A stretch of 64,000 nucleotides of DNA from an uncultured Prevotellaceae bacterium (GCA_947306175.1 CAMZFV010000003.1:51869-115868), one strand, 5' to 3'; positions 8,684 to 19,201 are shown, counted from the stretch's first letter. The notes: generated by a model from the sequence alone, not told the origin. Numbers and translations: made by a program.

Positions 8684-9925
8684 TCAAGTCGTGGGTGTGG
8701 CGCCGAGCATGCGCAAGGCGGTTTCCAGGCGTTGCTTGTGGTTGCCACGGACGATGACGTGGTGGTTGCCGATGCTGCGCTCCAGGAAGTAGTCCAGCGG
8801 CTCGTCAAGGCGCAGGTGCAGCTGGGTGCGGCACATGTTAGGGTTGGTAGTACACTCCAGCAGTTGGGCTTTGCTGATGAAATAACGCTCCATGCCCTTG
8901 CCGCCGCATTTGACAACGGTCATCTCCATTGGGTCGAAGATGCCCTCAACAGCGACGCCGCTCAGCGACTCGTAGTGGTCACGCACGATGTAACGGTCGG
9001 TCATCGCCGGGGCAATGGTGCAGTGGGCCAGCACAATCTCGTGGGCTGCATTATCCAGAATCTTTGACGGATTGGCCATAAAGGTCATCTCGCCCGTTGC
9101 GGCCTGTACAGCCAGCATGGTGAGCAACGTCTGCTCGTCGCCCTCACAACCTGCGGGGATGCCTTCCTGGTTAAGTAATGCCAGCGCCACACAGCCCGTG
9201 GTGCGGGTCGTGGGGATAAGGTCGAAGCAGTTGAGCGTGAAAGCGTCCAGGCGGTAGCGCTCCACGATATTTTTGATTGAGCGGTACAGGCGCATCGCCT
9301 TCACCACCTCGTTGCGCGAAGGCTCCTTGACACCTATGGCCTTGCTGATAAATTCGTCAGCGAGCTCCTGTACCTCATTGTCGCTGATGGCCTCGTAACC
9401 CTTGACAACCTCGTCGAGGGGCACATCCACCATCTCGACCCCCCAGCGCTCACGCATGGCGGCATAATCCACATTGCTGGCGATGAGCCAACCCGAGGGC
9501 TTGCCGATGACACCCACGCGCTTGCCGTTCAGCTTGTCGATGGCATTGTGGGCCTGGGCATAGTCGTCGATGCCCTGCATGATGAAACTGACGGGACCGT
9601 GCAGCACACGGCCGTGGCGGCCGTTCAGGCGCATCCACGACAGGATTTCGAGCGAGGCGGCCAGCGAATTCTTCAGGCCGTCGGCAATGAGTACGACGTA
9701 GGGCGGCAGGCGGTCGATGTTGGCTTTGACCATCTCCTCGACGCCACCGCTGCCCACCAGCACCATCGTGGCACCCTCGGGCAATGGTTTGTCCAGCTCC
9801 TCAGGGAAAATGTACTGCACATCGTATTTCTCGCTGATGGCGTCAAGCATCTCGTGGTGGTCGGTAAAAATGGACTCACGAGTGGCCAGCGACGAAGCAA
9901 ATGTAATCAGATTCAGTTTCATCAT
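8684..9925 (-). CDS. L-fucose/L-arabinose isomerase-like protein
   Basis: NSLAASLE, CFDL, GCEGD, FMANP, LAHCT, CRTQ, GNHH motifs; start set to MMKLNL. Confidence 0.8.
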   Translation of the reverse strand: MMKLNLITFASSLATRESIFTDHHEMLDAISEKYDVQYIFPEELDKPLPEGATMVLVGSGGVEEMVKANIDRLPPYVVLIADGLKNSLAASLEILSWMRLNGRHGRVLHGPVSFIMQGIDDYAQAHNAIDKLNGKRVGVIGKPSGWLIASNVDYAAMRERWGVEMVDVPLDEVVKGYEAISDNEVQELADEFISKAIGVKEPSRNEVVKAMRLYRSIKNIVERYRLDAFTLNCFDLIPTTRTTGCVALALLNQEGIPAGCEGDEQTLLTMLAVQAATGEMTFMANPSKILDNAAHEIVLAHCTIAPAMTDRYIVRDHYESLSGVAVEGIFDPMEMTVVKCGGKGMERYFISKAQLLECTTNPNMCRTQLHLRLDEPLDYFLERSIGNHHVIVRGNHKQRLETALRMLGATPTT

Positions 9926-10046
9926 GACGATAATGGTTTTAAAGAATGTTTGATAGCGCAAAGATAGTGAAAAACCGTGAGCGGTACAAAAAAAGCGGCC
10001 AGAGGGTTGACTCATGACCACTTAAATCTTGTATATGATGATTACA

Positions 10047-10667
10047 TCAGAACCTATAGCGCACACCGCCAAGGAAGATGCCCTGCTCGCCGATACCCAG
10101 CTCGGCAAAGCCGCGCACACGCTGATTTCCGGCCTCAACACCAAGCAATGAGGCTTGGAAGTTGAAGAACACGTCATTAGAGGTTTCTTTGTTGCCAGTC
10201 AGCTTGCCGCTCTCGTTATAATCCTCTTTGCTGGAATTGGCGAGACTGGCACCGATGGCCACCTTGGAGTACATGCCCCAATTAGTCTTGCGCAGCCAGT
10301 TGAACTTTACTGCCGGCATCAGGGTGTAATAGGATCTTATTTGATGGGATCTAAGCTCTTCTTTAACACGGGCGTCCTGATTATTTGTCGCGAAAACGGC
10401 AACAGCACCGACACCGATAAGCGGGCTGGTGTGATAATAATACTCGAGTCCAATGGGACCGACGTAATGTTCCTTTTCGTGCTTCTCGCCGAATATGGCA
10501 GGAAAGACGTCGCTGAAGATATCAATCCATATTGAGTTGGGGACAGCACCGTAGCTGATGCTGATTTCATGACGGGGCTCCACCTCTTCTTGGGCTTGAG
10601 CCTGAACACACAAGAAAGAACTGATAGCCAACACGGCCAATAAACATCTAATTTTCATATCCTTCAT
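10047..10667 (-). CDS. Outer-membrane beta-barrel protein
   Basis: Signal peptide, HEISISYG start, amphipathic strands, C-terminal GVRYRF. Confidence 0.8.
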   Translation of the reverse strand: MKDMKIRCLLAVLAISSFLCVQAQAQEEVEPRHEISISYGAVPNSIWIDIFSDVFPAIFGEKHEKEHYVGPIGLEYYYHTSPLIGVGAVAVFATNNQDARVKEELRSHQIRSYYTLMPAVKFNWLRKTNWGMYSKVAIGASLANSSKEDYNESGKLTGNKETSNDVFFNFQASLLGVEAGNQRVRGFAELGIGEQGIFLGGVRYRF

Positions 10668-10826
10668 TTTTAAATCATAAAATCGGGCGCAAATGTAGTA
10701 AAATTTTACTTTGGAGGCATCTGCGACTAGTTTTTTTTTGGATTTTTTGTTGGTTTGATGTAGTCTTTCATGTCTCTTTTGCGTCTAATAGATAAAAAAG
10801 TAAAACAATTAAAACGCTGTACTATT

Positions 10827-11780
10827 ATGAAAGCTGCATTTAAATATTTCTTGCTCTACTGGCTTTTTGTTATCATCGGTGCTATGATTTTTGCGTTGCC
10901 CGCCATTGGGGTGTCAGAGCTTGCAGGCAAATCGGTTGCCGATTCTTATAGAGATCCCTGGTTCTTCTCGGTGCTCTTTTTGGGCATTGATTTGGTTCCC
11001 TTGCTGTTCTTCTGGTTGCTGAAATACACACGTTTCGATTTCAAGTTCAATTATGATTTCGGCAGCTCGTTTTCCACCAGGGAACTCTACATCTGGGCTG
11101 GAGTGGGGGCCATCGGATGCCTGTTCTTTGACGTGGTGTTCGGCAATTATGTCACCTTCCCTGATTGGGATACCGAAGGCCTGGAAATGTTGGGAGACAT
11201 GGCCAGCAACCCCATCGGCCTTTTGTCTATCTGCCTGTTGGGGCCGCTGGTCGAGGAGACGGTCTTCCGTGGCGCCATCGAGCGTCGTCTGCTGGAGAAA
11301 CCGTGGAATCCGTGGTATGCCATTGTGATTTCGGCGATATTCTTTGCCGTCGCCCATGGTAATTTCTCACAGGGCGTGACGGCCATGGTGATAGGCTGTT
11401 TCCTGGGTTGGGTATATTACCGCACCCGCAACATCTGGCCCTGCGTCTTGATCCATGCGCTCAACAACACTACCGCTTGTGCCATCGGTTGGGCATTAAC
11501 AGGAACCAAATATGAAGAAGCCACCGAATTTCCTCACGCTGTATGTATCATCATGCTCGTGGCCTCAATCATCATGGTTTACCTTGCCGTTAAGATGATT
11601 GACCAGATGACCAAGGACCGCACCCTGATTCCCGCTCCCGTCGAGGTGCCACCCTTGCCCGTCGAGGCCACTCTCCAGCCCGAAGGCATTTCCGTACCTG
11701 ACTTTCAACCCACAGGCATAACCGAGGTGACAGATACACCCCTCGGCACCCCCATTGACGACGACTCTATCATAGAATAA
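10827..11780 (+). CDS. CPBP (CAAX/Abi) intramembrane metalloprotease
   Basis: EETVFRG, FAVAH, HALNN motifs; Pro/acidic C-terminal tail. Confidence 0.9.
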   Translation: MKAAFKYFLLYWLFVIIGAMIFALPAIGVSELAGKSVADSYRDPWFFSVLFLGIDLVPLLFFWLLKYTRFDFKFNYDFGSSFSTRELYIWAGVGAIGCLFFDVVFGNYVTFPDWDTEGLEMLGDMASNPIGLLSICLLGPLVEETVFRGAIERRLLEKPWNPWYAIVISAIFFAVAHGNFSQGVTAMVIGCFLGWVYYRTRNIWPCVLIHALNNTTACAIGWALTGTKYEEATEFPHAVCIIMLVASIIMVYLAVKMIDQMTKDRTLIPAPVEVPPLPVEATLQPEGISVPDFQPTGITEVTDTPLGTPIDDDSIIE

Positions 11781-11801
11781 TCACCAACTCCGACAATCCC
11801 C

Positions 11802-11947
11802 AAAGTGTCCACAAGTCAACATTTTTTCGAGTTATGGACACTTTTCCTAATTTATAACTTGCCATAACTCAATATTTTTTCGACTTGTGGACACTTTTGA
11901 CGGATTAAAACTTGCCATATCTCAACTTTTTTTCGAGTTATGGACAC
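11802..11947. repeat. Three imperfect palindromic units with exact 53-bp period
   Basis: ggacac at 11836, 11889, 11942; each unit cca(t/c)a..tcaa..tttttcga.tt.tggacac. Confidence 0.85.
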
Positions 11948-12034
11948 AAATACCTCTTGAAATGAATATGGTTCGGAAAAATAATGCTACTTTTGCTACA
12001 CTGAACGAACATATTAATAAATTTTTATAGAGAT

Positions 12035-12601
12035 ATGAAAAAGGTTTATTCAATCTTGATGGTGGCTATTGCCGCCTTGTTAATGAGTTTCTCGGCAAAT
12101 GCTGAGGCTCCCAAATGGGAATTGGTTGCTGGTATGAATGTGGCAAATCTCGATGCCAGTGGGGCAAGTTCAAGAATTGGTTTCCATGCTGGAGTTCGTA
12201 CGACATTTGGTATTCCCAGCGCAGAACATGGATTCTATGTTAATGCTGCAGCATTATTATCGCTCAAAGGATGCAAAGCTGGTGGCATTACCTTGAATCC
12301 CTACTATCTTGATATCCCCGTCCATGCTGGTTACAAATATGCAATCAATGAGTCTGTGGCCATCTTCGGTGAATTCGGTCCCTACTTTGGTGTAGGCCTA
12401 TTTGGCAAAACTGATGGCGAGGATATGTTTAGCGATGAAGGCTTCAAGCGCTTTGACTTTGGTTTAGGCTTGCGTGCCGGTCTGGAATTCAATAACAAGA
12501 TACCAGTTTCTATTGGCTATGACTTTGGAGTTCTTGATGTCTTTGATGGGGTTTCTGCCAAGACACGGAATCTGACAATTTCGATTGGATACAAGTTTTA
12601 A
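12035..12601 (+). CDS. Porin-family outer-membrane beta-barrel protein (OMP_b-brl_2/PorT-like)
   Basis: Signal peptide, GFHAG, YLDIPV, GPYFGVG, FDFG, C-terminal IGYKF. Confidence 0.85.
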   Translation: MKKVYSILMVAIAALLMSFSANAEAPKWELVAGMNVANLDASGASSRIGFHAGVRTTFGIPSAEHGFYVNAAALLSLKGCKAGGITLNPYYLDIPVHAGYKYAINESVAIFGEFGPYFGVGLFGKTDGEDMFSDEGFKRFDFGLGLRAGLEFNNKIPVSIGYDFGVLDVFDGVSAKTRNLTISIGYKF

Positions 12602-12623
12602 TTATACTAATTCTCGATGAAAT

Positions 12624-12665
12624 AAAGGGGGATGTGCCTGACAAAGGTACATCCCCCTTTTTTTT
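12624..12665 (+). terminator. Intrinsic terminator
   Basis: aaagggggatgtgcct-gacaa-aggtacatccccctttttttt. Confidence 0.88.
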
Positions 12666-12796
12666 GAACAACGCTATTTTCCAATCGTCCATAATAATTC
12701 GTTATATGATTACGGCGAAGTTTTTCATGCGAAAAATAATTTGCCTCGCTTGAGAATATCTCATGGGTTTTCCTCACTTGCTGCACAATTGTTATG

Positions 12797-13876
12797 TTAG
12801 ATGCTACCGTCTTTCCCCTTACTGTGTTGCAAGAAGAAGATCTCTTTTTGCTGCTCAATCTCACGTCTAAGAGCCTCTTCAGTAGGAAGATAAGTAAGAT
12901 ATTTGGCCGCAAACAGCTGTTTGTTGTCGTGAAGAATAGAGTATTTTGCGATGTCTTTGTCTGTCTCAGCGCATAAAATAATGCCAATAGTCGGATTGTG
13001 GATTCTATTACTGTTCAAATCGTCAAACATCCTCACATACATATCCATTTGACCCACATCCTGGTGTGAAATTGTGGTAGTCTTCAGGTCAATGAGGAAA
13101 AAACATTGCAGGTCATAGTTGTAGAAAACAAGGTCGATGTAGTAATCAGCCGTTTCAGTTACGATACGTTTCTGGCGACCGACCAAAGCAAAGCCACGTC
13201 CCATTTCCATGATGAACTTTTGCAAATGCTCTATAATAGCCTGCTCTAACTCACTTTCGCTATAGTCAGTATTTTCCAATCCAAGAAATTCTGCAACTAC
13301 TGGATTTTTTACGATTTCATCCTTCTCAGGTTGTGAGGGTTTTGTCAATTCATTCATTTCTGCTATCACTTTGTTTTTATTGGGTGATTGCAGTAATCTA
13401 TAGTAGTATTGCGAGCCAATGTTGCGACTCAGAGTTCTGACACTCCACATCTCTTCGGATGCTTCACGCAGATACCAATAACGTGCATCCTCATCGGGAA
13501 CGCGAAGGAGCATACGAAAATGAGACCAGGACAAATTGTGAACACGCGTGTTCACAATCTCTAAGTCTTTAAAATACAGATAGAACTGGCGCATGTATTG
13601 CAGATTGCGTAAAGAGTAGGCATTGCCGTATAGAGGCTGAAATAATTCGGCCAACCCTTTCATCAATCTTGTGCCATATTCAGCCCGAATAGCACCATGT
13701 TGTTCCTCTTCCACAATGCGTCGTCCCACATTCCAATAAGTCATAATGGAAACAGTGTTGACACTATTGTATGCCTCTCGTAGCCCACGCTCAACAATCA
13801 GTTTCACGTCGTCAACCAATTGGGTGGGTAACGACAATATATTCTTATCTTGATTTGTTTTCTTGTTGTCTTCCAT
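12797..13876 (-). CDS. YhcG/DUF1016 PD-(D/E)XK nuclease-domain protein
   Basis: YWNVG, RNLQYMRQFY, LSWSH, WSVRTL, ESELE, YIDLVFY, IDLK, GQMDMY, IGIILC. Confidence 0.92.
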   Translation of the reverse strand: MEDNKKTNQDKNILSLPTQLVDDVKLIVERGLREAYNSVNTVSIMTYWNVGRRIVEEEQHGAIRAEYGTRLMKGLAELFQPLYGNAYSLRNLQYMRQFYLYFKDLEIVNTRVHNLSWSHFRMLLRVPDEDARYWYLREASEEMWSVRTLSRNIGSQYYYRLLQSPNKNKVIAEMNELTKPSQPEKDEIVKNPVVAEFLGLENTDYSESELEQAIIEHLQKFIMEMGRGFALVGRQKRIVTETADYYIDLVFYNYDLQCFFLIDLKTTTISHQDVGQMDMYVRMFDDLNSNRIHNPTIGIILCAETDKDIAKYSILHDNKQLFAAKYLTYLPTEEALRREIEQQKEIFFLQHSKGKDGSI

Positions 13877-13982
13877 GTTACAAAGTTACAACATTTCGTG
13901 AAAAAGCTGCAACTTTCATCGTTTTTTGTCAGCTTACGGGGCTAAATCACTCATTATTTCGCATCTGCTTGGGTAATCTGCT

Positions 13983-15011
13983 TTATTTTGAGTAGGCTTT
14001 GTCGTAGTGGATGAAGGCGGCGGTGGGGTTTATGGGTGGGCGTGAGGGGGTGAAGAAGGTGGCCTTGTGGCCTTTGGGGTGCCAGTTGCCGACGACTTGG
14101 CCGCTGTTGAGGATGACGGGGTGGAAGATGCCGTTTTTGGTGTAGGCATGGTGGCGGTGGACATCGTCAAGCGCGTGGTGGCGGCTCTTGTAGCCGATCA
14201 GATATTCGTCATAAGAAGGCAACAGGATGACCTTGCTGCGGCAACCGTGGGTGCGGCTGTCAGCGTGCAGGTAATAAGTCACGCCGCGGTAGCGTTCCTC
14301 GGTGAGTTCGCCCCTGATGTTTTCGATGGCAGTACGGCAGTCGGTGAGCGTTAACCCGCTCCACCAAGCGAAATCGTCGAGGGTGGCTGGGGCATGGCTG
14401 CGGAAGTACTTGCGTGCCAGCAATGCCAATGCCTCGTCGTGTGTGACGGCAGGCTGAACGGGAACCCGCTCATCCACCAGGGCATAGGTGTTCTGGTTGG
14501 GATGGTATTTGCCGCTGCAGATGACGCCATCATACTCGGCAAACCGCAGGTACACGCTCATCGTGTGGGCATCATTTGTCAGCCCTTGCTCGGTGAGCAG
14601 GGCTTTCAGTTCTTTGCCTGTGACTGAGCCGCGGCCTTGCATGGTTTCGGCGATGATGTCGTTGGCGCGTTTCTCTTCATCCTCGCTGATGGCACCACCG
14701 GTTTGCTTGAGGTAGCCCCGGGCGGCACGTCGGCTGCTGTCGGCACACAAGGCGATCATCCAACGCAGGTCTTCGGCGGTTGTCAGTTGCCAGGTGCAGC
14801 GGAACAGGTGGGTGCGAATGATTTGCCCCTCGTCGAAGGCCTGACGGTAATCCTGCATCGAGGGATGACGGGAGCGCATCACTACTGCCCAAGGCAACAT
14901 GCTTTTCTCTTGGGCCTGCATGAAGCCGAACCAATCCACCACCTCATGCGGTGTGTTGAATTGGGGCGCTGCCAGTTGCTGACTCAACAGCCTGATGTTG
15001 GGAACATTCAT
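13983..15011 (-). CDS. AlkZ/YcaQ-like DNA glycosylase (HTH_42 winged-helix family)
   Basis: MQAQ catalytic-type motif, RTHLFRCTWQ, PATLDDFAWWSG, LLPSYDEYLIGY, GQVVGNW. Confidence 0.85.
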   Translation of the reverse strand: MNVPNIRLLSQQLAAPQFNTPHEVVDWFGFMQAQEKSMLPWAVVMRSRHPSMQDYRQAFDEGQIIRTHLFRCTWQLTTAEDLRWMIALCADSSRRAARGYLKQTGGAISEDEEKRANDIIAETMQGRGSVTGKELKALLTEQGLTNDAHTMSVYLRFAEYDGVICSGKYHPNQNTYALVDERVPVQPAVTHDEALALLARKYFRSHAPATLDDFAWWSGLTLTDCRTAIENIRGELTEERYRGVTYYLHADSRTHGCRSKVILLPSYDEYLIGYKSRHHALDDVHRHHAYTKNGIFHPVILNSGQVVGNWHPKGHKATFFTPSRPPINPTAAFIHYDKAYSK

Positions 15012-15038
15012 TATTAGACCTTAGACTTTAGACCTTAG

Positions 15039-16010
15039 TTATTCTTCGGTGCTATAAGCGTTGGCCAGGGCGTTCTCGACGTCGGCGAGGGCAGCCGCTG
15101 CGGCGCTCTCGTACTGGTCGAGGGTGCGGGACTTGCGGATGGCCTTGAAGAGTTTGTGGCCCGTACCGGGTAGGAAGGTTTGCCAGATGTCCTGAAGGTG
15201 ACGCACCAGTTGGGCCTCGCCGCCGTTGAGTTGTTCGGTGTAGCCCTCTACCAGTCGGTCATGGAAACGGCGGTAGTCATCGGGTGTAGCATCAGGGGCG
15301 AACATGCCTGGATTGGCAGCAAGTCCGCTGCCCACCATCACGGCGGCAAGGGTGGGGTAGCGTTCAATTGTCTGCTCAATGTCCTCGACGTTGTGCAGGC
15401 TGCCGTTATAGACCACAGGCCACGACGATGCGGCCAGCAAAGCCTCAAACTGTTCGATGTCCAATTCGCCTTTGTATTGCTGTTTGCCCGTACGGGGATG
15501 CACAGCGATATTGACGGGTTTGATGGTTTCCATCAGGGGCAGGATGTCACACCACTGGTCGTTTTTGTCCCAGCCGATGCGCATTTTCACGCTATACTGA
15601 ACATCCTCCACAGAAGCGAGCGCCTTAAACAGTTCCTCGGCCAAATCAGGATAGGCCAGCATGCCTGAGCCTTTGCGGTGCATGGCAATGGGCGGGAACG
15701 GGCACCCCAGGTTGATGTCGATGCGGCTGTATCCCATCCGCTTGAGCGCCTCGACCATCATCAGAGCATGGTCGGGTTGGCAGGCGAGAATCTGCGGAAT
15801 GAGTGTGATGCCTGCATTGCGCTCGGGGTCCACGTCACGCAAGTCCTTGCGCCGGACCTCGCCATGCTCCACGCGCATGAAGGGCGCATAGTAGGCATCC
15901 ACGCCGCCAAACACCTCGTGATGCGCCATGCGCCACACGTTATCTGTTACTCCCTGCAGCGGTGCCGCAAGCACCGGTATCTTCATCTTGTTTTTTTCTT
16001 CTTCCATCAT
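15039..16010 (-). CDS. tRNA-dihydrouridine synthase family protein
   Basis: APLQGVT, PQIL, DINLGCP, GSGML, SVKMRIG, VHPRT, YNG; start set to MMEEEK. Confidence 0.9.
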   Translation of the reverse strand: MMEEEKNKMKIPVLAAPLQGVTDNVWRMAHHEVFGGVDAYYAPFMRVEHGEVRRKDLRDVDPERNAGITLIPQILACQPDHALMMVEALKRMGYSRIDINLGCPFPPIAMHRKGSGMLAYPDLAEELFKALASVEDVQYSVKMRIGWDKNDQWCDILPLMETIKPVNIAVHPRTGKQQYKGELDIEQFEALLAASSWPVVYNGSLHNVEDIEQTIERYPTLAAVMVGSGLAANPGMFAPDATPDDYRRFHDRLVEGYTEQLNGGEAQLVRHLQDIWQTFLPGTGHKLFKAIRKSRTLDQYESAAAAALADVENALANAYSTEE

Positions 16011-16165
16011 GCCACAAAGGTAATCATTTTCCACAAAACCTTTCGCAATGCCAGATGAAAAAGCGGCAAAAGCAAATCTTTGCACTTTTAACAAAAATTT
16101 ATTCAACAATTTGCTGTTAATCGTATTATGCTTGTATTTTTGCGCCCAACAAACATCCAGAGATT

Positions 16166-17512
16166 ATGAAAGTCATTATCGTTGGCGCCGATGCCATTGG
16201 AGCTCATCTGGCGGAACTTTTCTCCAAAATCAAACAGAATATCGTCATCATCGATGAGGATGAGGCGAAATTGGAACACATTGCCTCTTATTGCGACTTG
16301 CTGACGATCAAGTCCTCGTCCAATACCCCCATCAAGTCATTTAGGGACGCTGGAGTGAAGAACGCCGACCTGTTCATTTCGGTCAAGCGTGATGAAAACC
16401 TGAACCTGAGTCTGTGCGTGCTGGCCAAGTCGATGGGTGCCAAGCAGACCGTCGCAAGGGTGGAGAATCCTGAGTTTACCGAGCCCCAAATCACCGACGC
16501 TTTCAACCGTGCCGGCATTTCATCTATCATCTATCCTGATGACCTGGCGGCACAGGATATCGTCTCGTGCCTGCAGTTGTCGTGGGTGAGCCAGCGATGG
16601 GATGTGTATGACGGGGCGCTTACCATGCTTGGCATAAAAATGAAAGAGCCCTGTGAGGTATTAAGCCGCCCGCTTAAGGAAATCTGCAACTCCGAGACCC
16701 CCTATCACGTCATCGCCATCAAACGCGGCACCGATACGATCATCCCCACGGGCAATGATATGCTGTTGCCTAACGACTATGTCTATTTCATGACGACCAA
16801 GGAGTTTATCCCCGAGATGAAGAAAATCGTTGGCAAAGAGGATTATCCTGATGTCAAGAATGTCATCATCGTGGGCGGTGGAAAGACTGCGGTACGCGTG
16901 GTTAACCGTATGCCTAAGGAGGTGAAGGTCAAAATCTTTGAAGCCAACACCGCTCGTTGCGAGGAACTCAACGAGGTCATCGACAGGGACGGCGTGATGG
17001 TGATCAATGCCGACGGCCGTTCGGTGGCCAATCTGCTGGAGGAGAACATCAGGCAGGCTGATGCGCTGGTGGCACTGACAGGTAACGCCGAGGCCAACAT
17101 CCTGACTTGCATGACGGCTCACGAACTCGGTGTGCGCAAGACAGTTGCCATGATCGAGAATATGGATTATATGAGCATTGCAGGCAACGCCGAAATCGGT
17201 ACCATCATCAACAAGCAGGCGCTGACAGCCAGCTATATCTATCAGCTGCTGCTTAAGGGAGATGTGCGCAACATCCGCAACCTGCTCATGGTCAATGCCG
17301 ATGTCGCCGAGTTTAAGGCCCGTGAGGGTTCGCGCATCACGTCCAAGCGGGTGTGTGATCTCAACCTTTCCAGGCAAATTGAGCTGGGTGGTCTGGTGCG
17401 TGATGGTGTTGGTATGCTGGTAAACGGCAATACTCAGATACAACCTGGGGACAATGTTGTGGTCTTCTGCCAGGACACCAACATTAGCCAAATCGAAAAA
17501 ATCTTTAATTGA
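16166..17512 (+). CDS. trkA: Trk potassium uptake system RCK subunit
   Basis: Two TrkA_N/TrkA_C repeats, 448 aa, directly upstream of trkH. Confidence 0.92.
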   Translation: MKVIIVGADAIGAHLAELFSKIKQNIVIIDEDEAKLEHIASYCDLLTIKSSSNTPIKSFRDAGVKNADLFISVKRDENLNLSLCVLAKSMGAKQTVARVENPEFTEPQITDAFNRAGISSIIYPDDLAAQDIVSCLQLSWVSQRWDVYDGALTMLGIKMKEPCEVLSRPLKEICNSETPYHVIAIKRGTDTIIPTGNDMLLPNDYVYFMTTKEFIPEMKKIVGKEDYPDVKNVIIVGGGKTAVRVVNRMPKEVKVKIFEANTARCEELNEVIDRDGVMVINADGRSVANLLEENIRQADALVALTGNAEANILTCMTAHELGVRKTVAMIENMDYMSIAGNAEIGTIINKQALTASYIYQLLLKGDVRNIRNLLMVNADVAEFKAREGSRITSKRVCDLNLSRQIELGGLVRDGVGMLVNGNTQIQPGDNVVVFCQDTNISQIEKIFN

Positions 17513-17514
17513 AA

Positions 17515-18972
17515 ATGATTAACACCAAACTCATATTCAAGATATTGGGTGCCCTGTTGAACATCGAGGCGGCCTTTATGGCGTTGTGCCTGATCGTGTC
17601 TCTGTTTGCTCGTGAGAACGATTTGGTGCCGCTGGCCATCACGGTCGGCGTCACGGTGGCAGTGGCCTTGCTGTTCAGGCTGTTGGGGCGTGGCGCCAGC
17701 AACACGTTGAGCCGTCGCGATGCTTACTTGCTGGTGACCGTCGTATGGATCGCCTTTGCCGCCTTCGGCTCGTTGCCGTTCTTGCTGGGCGGCTATATCA
17801 ACAACGTCTCAGACGCCTTCTTTGAGACGATGTCGGGCTTGACGACGACAGGTGCCACCACCATCGACCAAGTGGAGGGTATGCCACATGGGGTACTGTT
17901 GTGGCGCTCATTGACCCAGTGGATTGGCGGTTTGGGCATCGTGTTCTTCACGATTGCCATTTTGCCCTCTTTTGTCGGCGGCTCGATCAAGGTTTTTGCT
18001 GCCGAGGCCACTGGACCTGTTCAATCCAAATTACAGCCACGGCTAACCATGAGTGCCAAAGCCTTATGGGGCTTATACCTGGTGCTTACCGTCGGTTGTG
18101 CGCTTTGCTTTTTCCTTTTCGGTATGGGGGCCTTTGATGCTGTCAATTATGCCATGACCATTACAGCGACTGGAGGTTTCGCTACGCATGACGCCAGTAC
18201 GGGCTATTTCAATAATCCCGCCATCGATTACACGGCCATCATCTTCATGTTTTTCTCGGGCGTCAGTTTTGCCATGCTCTATGCGGCGCTGTTCAAGGGC
18301 AGAGTCAAGCACCTTCTCAAGAATGCCGAATTCCGTTTCTATTCCGCCCTCACCCTCGTGGCGACAGTCATCATCGTGGCCTTCCTGTTGCGTTACAACG
18401 ATTATTCGTTTAGTGATGCCGTTAGGGTCTCGTTGTTCCAGGTCGTGTCTTTTCTCACCACGACGGGCATGTTCAACGAGGATGCGGCCCAGTGGCATCA
18501 CATCACTTGGGTGGTGTTGAGCCTGTGTATGTTCTTTGGCGGATGTGCGGGAAGCACGGCAGGCGGCTTCAAGTGTGCCCGTGGTGTCATTGCCTTGAAA
18601 ATCCTGCGCAACGAGATACTGCACCGCCTTCACCCCAAGGCTGTTCTCCCAGTCAAAGTCAACGGTTCGACAGTTCATTCGTCAGGCCAAATCACTCTGA
18701 TGGCCTTCTTGATGGTTTACTTCGTCTTGTGTTTCATCGCCTATTTTATCATGATTCTCGTGGGGGTTGACAGCACCAATTCATTTACCATCGCCCTGAG
18801 TTGTGCCAGCAATGTGGGTCCCACGCTGGGTTTGGAAATCGGGCCGACCATGTCATGGAGCATTCTGCCAGGGTTTGTCAAGTGGATTCTCTCTGCCCTT
18901 ATGCTCATGGGAAGGCTTGAGATTTTCACGGTTCTCGTCATCTTCACACCCGCGTTTTGGAAGAATAACTGA
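17515..18972 (+). CDS. trkH: Trk potassium uptake membrane subunit
   Basis: FETMSGLTTTGAT, QWIGGLG, TGGF, TTTG, GSTAGG, NVGP, GRLEI motifs. Confidence 0.94.
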   Translation: MINTKLIFKILGALLNIEAAFMALCLIVSLFARENDLVPLAITVGVTVAVALLFRLLGRGASNTLSRRDAYLLVTVVWIAFAAFGSLPFLLGGYINNVSDAFFETMSGLTTTGATTIDQVEGMPHGVLLWRSLTQWIGGLGIVFFTIAILPSFVGGSIKVFAAEATGPVQSKLQPRLTMSAKALWGLYLVLTVGCALCFFLFGMGAFDAVNYAMTITATGGFATHDASTGYFNNPAIDYTAIIFMFFSGVSFAMLYAALFKGRVKHLLKNAEFRFYSALTLVATVIIVAFLLRYNDYSFSDAVRVSLFQVVSFLTTTGMFNEDAAQWHHITWVVLSLCMFFGGCAGSTAGGFKCARGVIALKILRNEILHRLHPKAVLPVKVNGSTVHSSGQITLMAFLMVYFVLCFIAYFIMILVGVDSTNSFTIALSCASNVGPTLGLEIGPTMSWSILPGFVKWILSALMLMGRLEIFTVLVIFTPAFWKNN

Positions 18973-19062
18973 TAGACAAAATCACTTTTTCCCGAAAAAA
19001 TTTGGTCAGTTGGGGAAATGGTTGTACCTTTGCAGTCGCTTTTGCAAATATAGCAGGCAGAT

Positions 19063-19136
19063 GGCGGGATAGCTCAGTCGGTTAGAGCGTCGGATTCATA
19101 ACCCGGAGGTCCTGAGTTCAATTCTCAGTCCCGCTA
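19063..19136 (+). tRNA. tRNA with CAT anticodon (elongator Met; Ile2 not excluded), CCA not encoded
   Basis: Acceptor GGCGGGA/TCCCGCT, D-arm AGCTCAGTCGGTTAGAGC, anticodon loop TTCATAA, T-arm CTGAG-TTCAATT-CTCAG; TACCTTTG promoter at 19025. Confidence 0.93.
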
Positions 19137-19138
19137 CA

Positions 19139-19174
19139 TTCAAGGGGTCGCACCAATTGGCGCGGCCCCTTGAA
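19139..19174 (+). terminator. Hairpin downstream of the tRNA
   Basis: ttcaaggggtcgc...gcggccccttgaa stem. Confidence 0.65.
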
Positions 19175-19201
19175 GTTTAGAGTATCTCATGTCTGAATTT
19201 A

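Noticed and set aside
11802..11947. Possible mini CRISPR array
   Set aside because: Variable linkers are only ~10 bp, repeats are degenerate, and no cas genes are in the window; kept only as an unexplained repeat
19063..19136. tRNA as integration site of an island
   Set aside because: No duplicated tRNA 3' end or integrase found in the window
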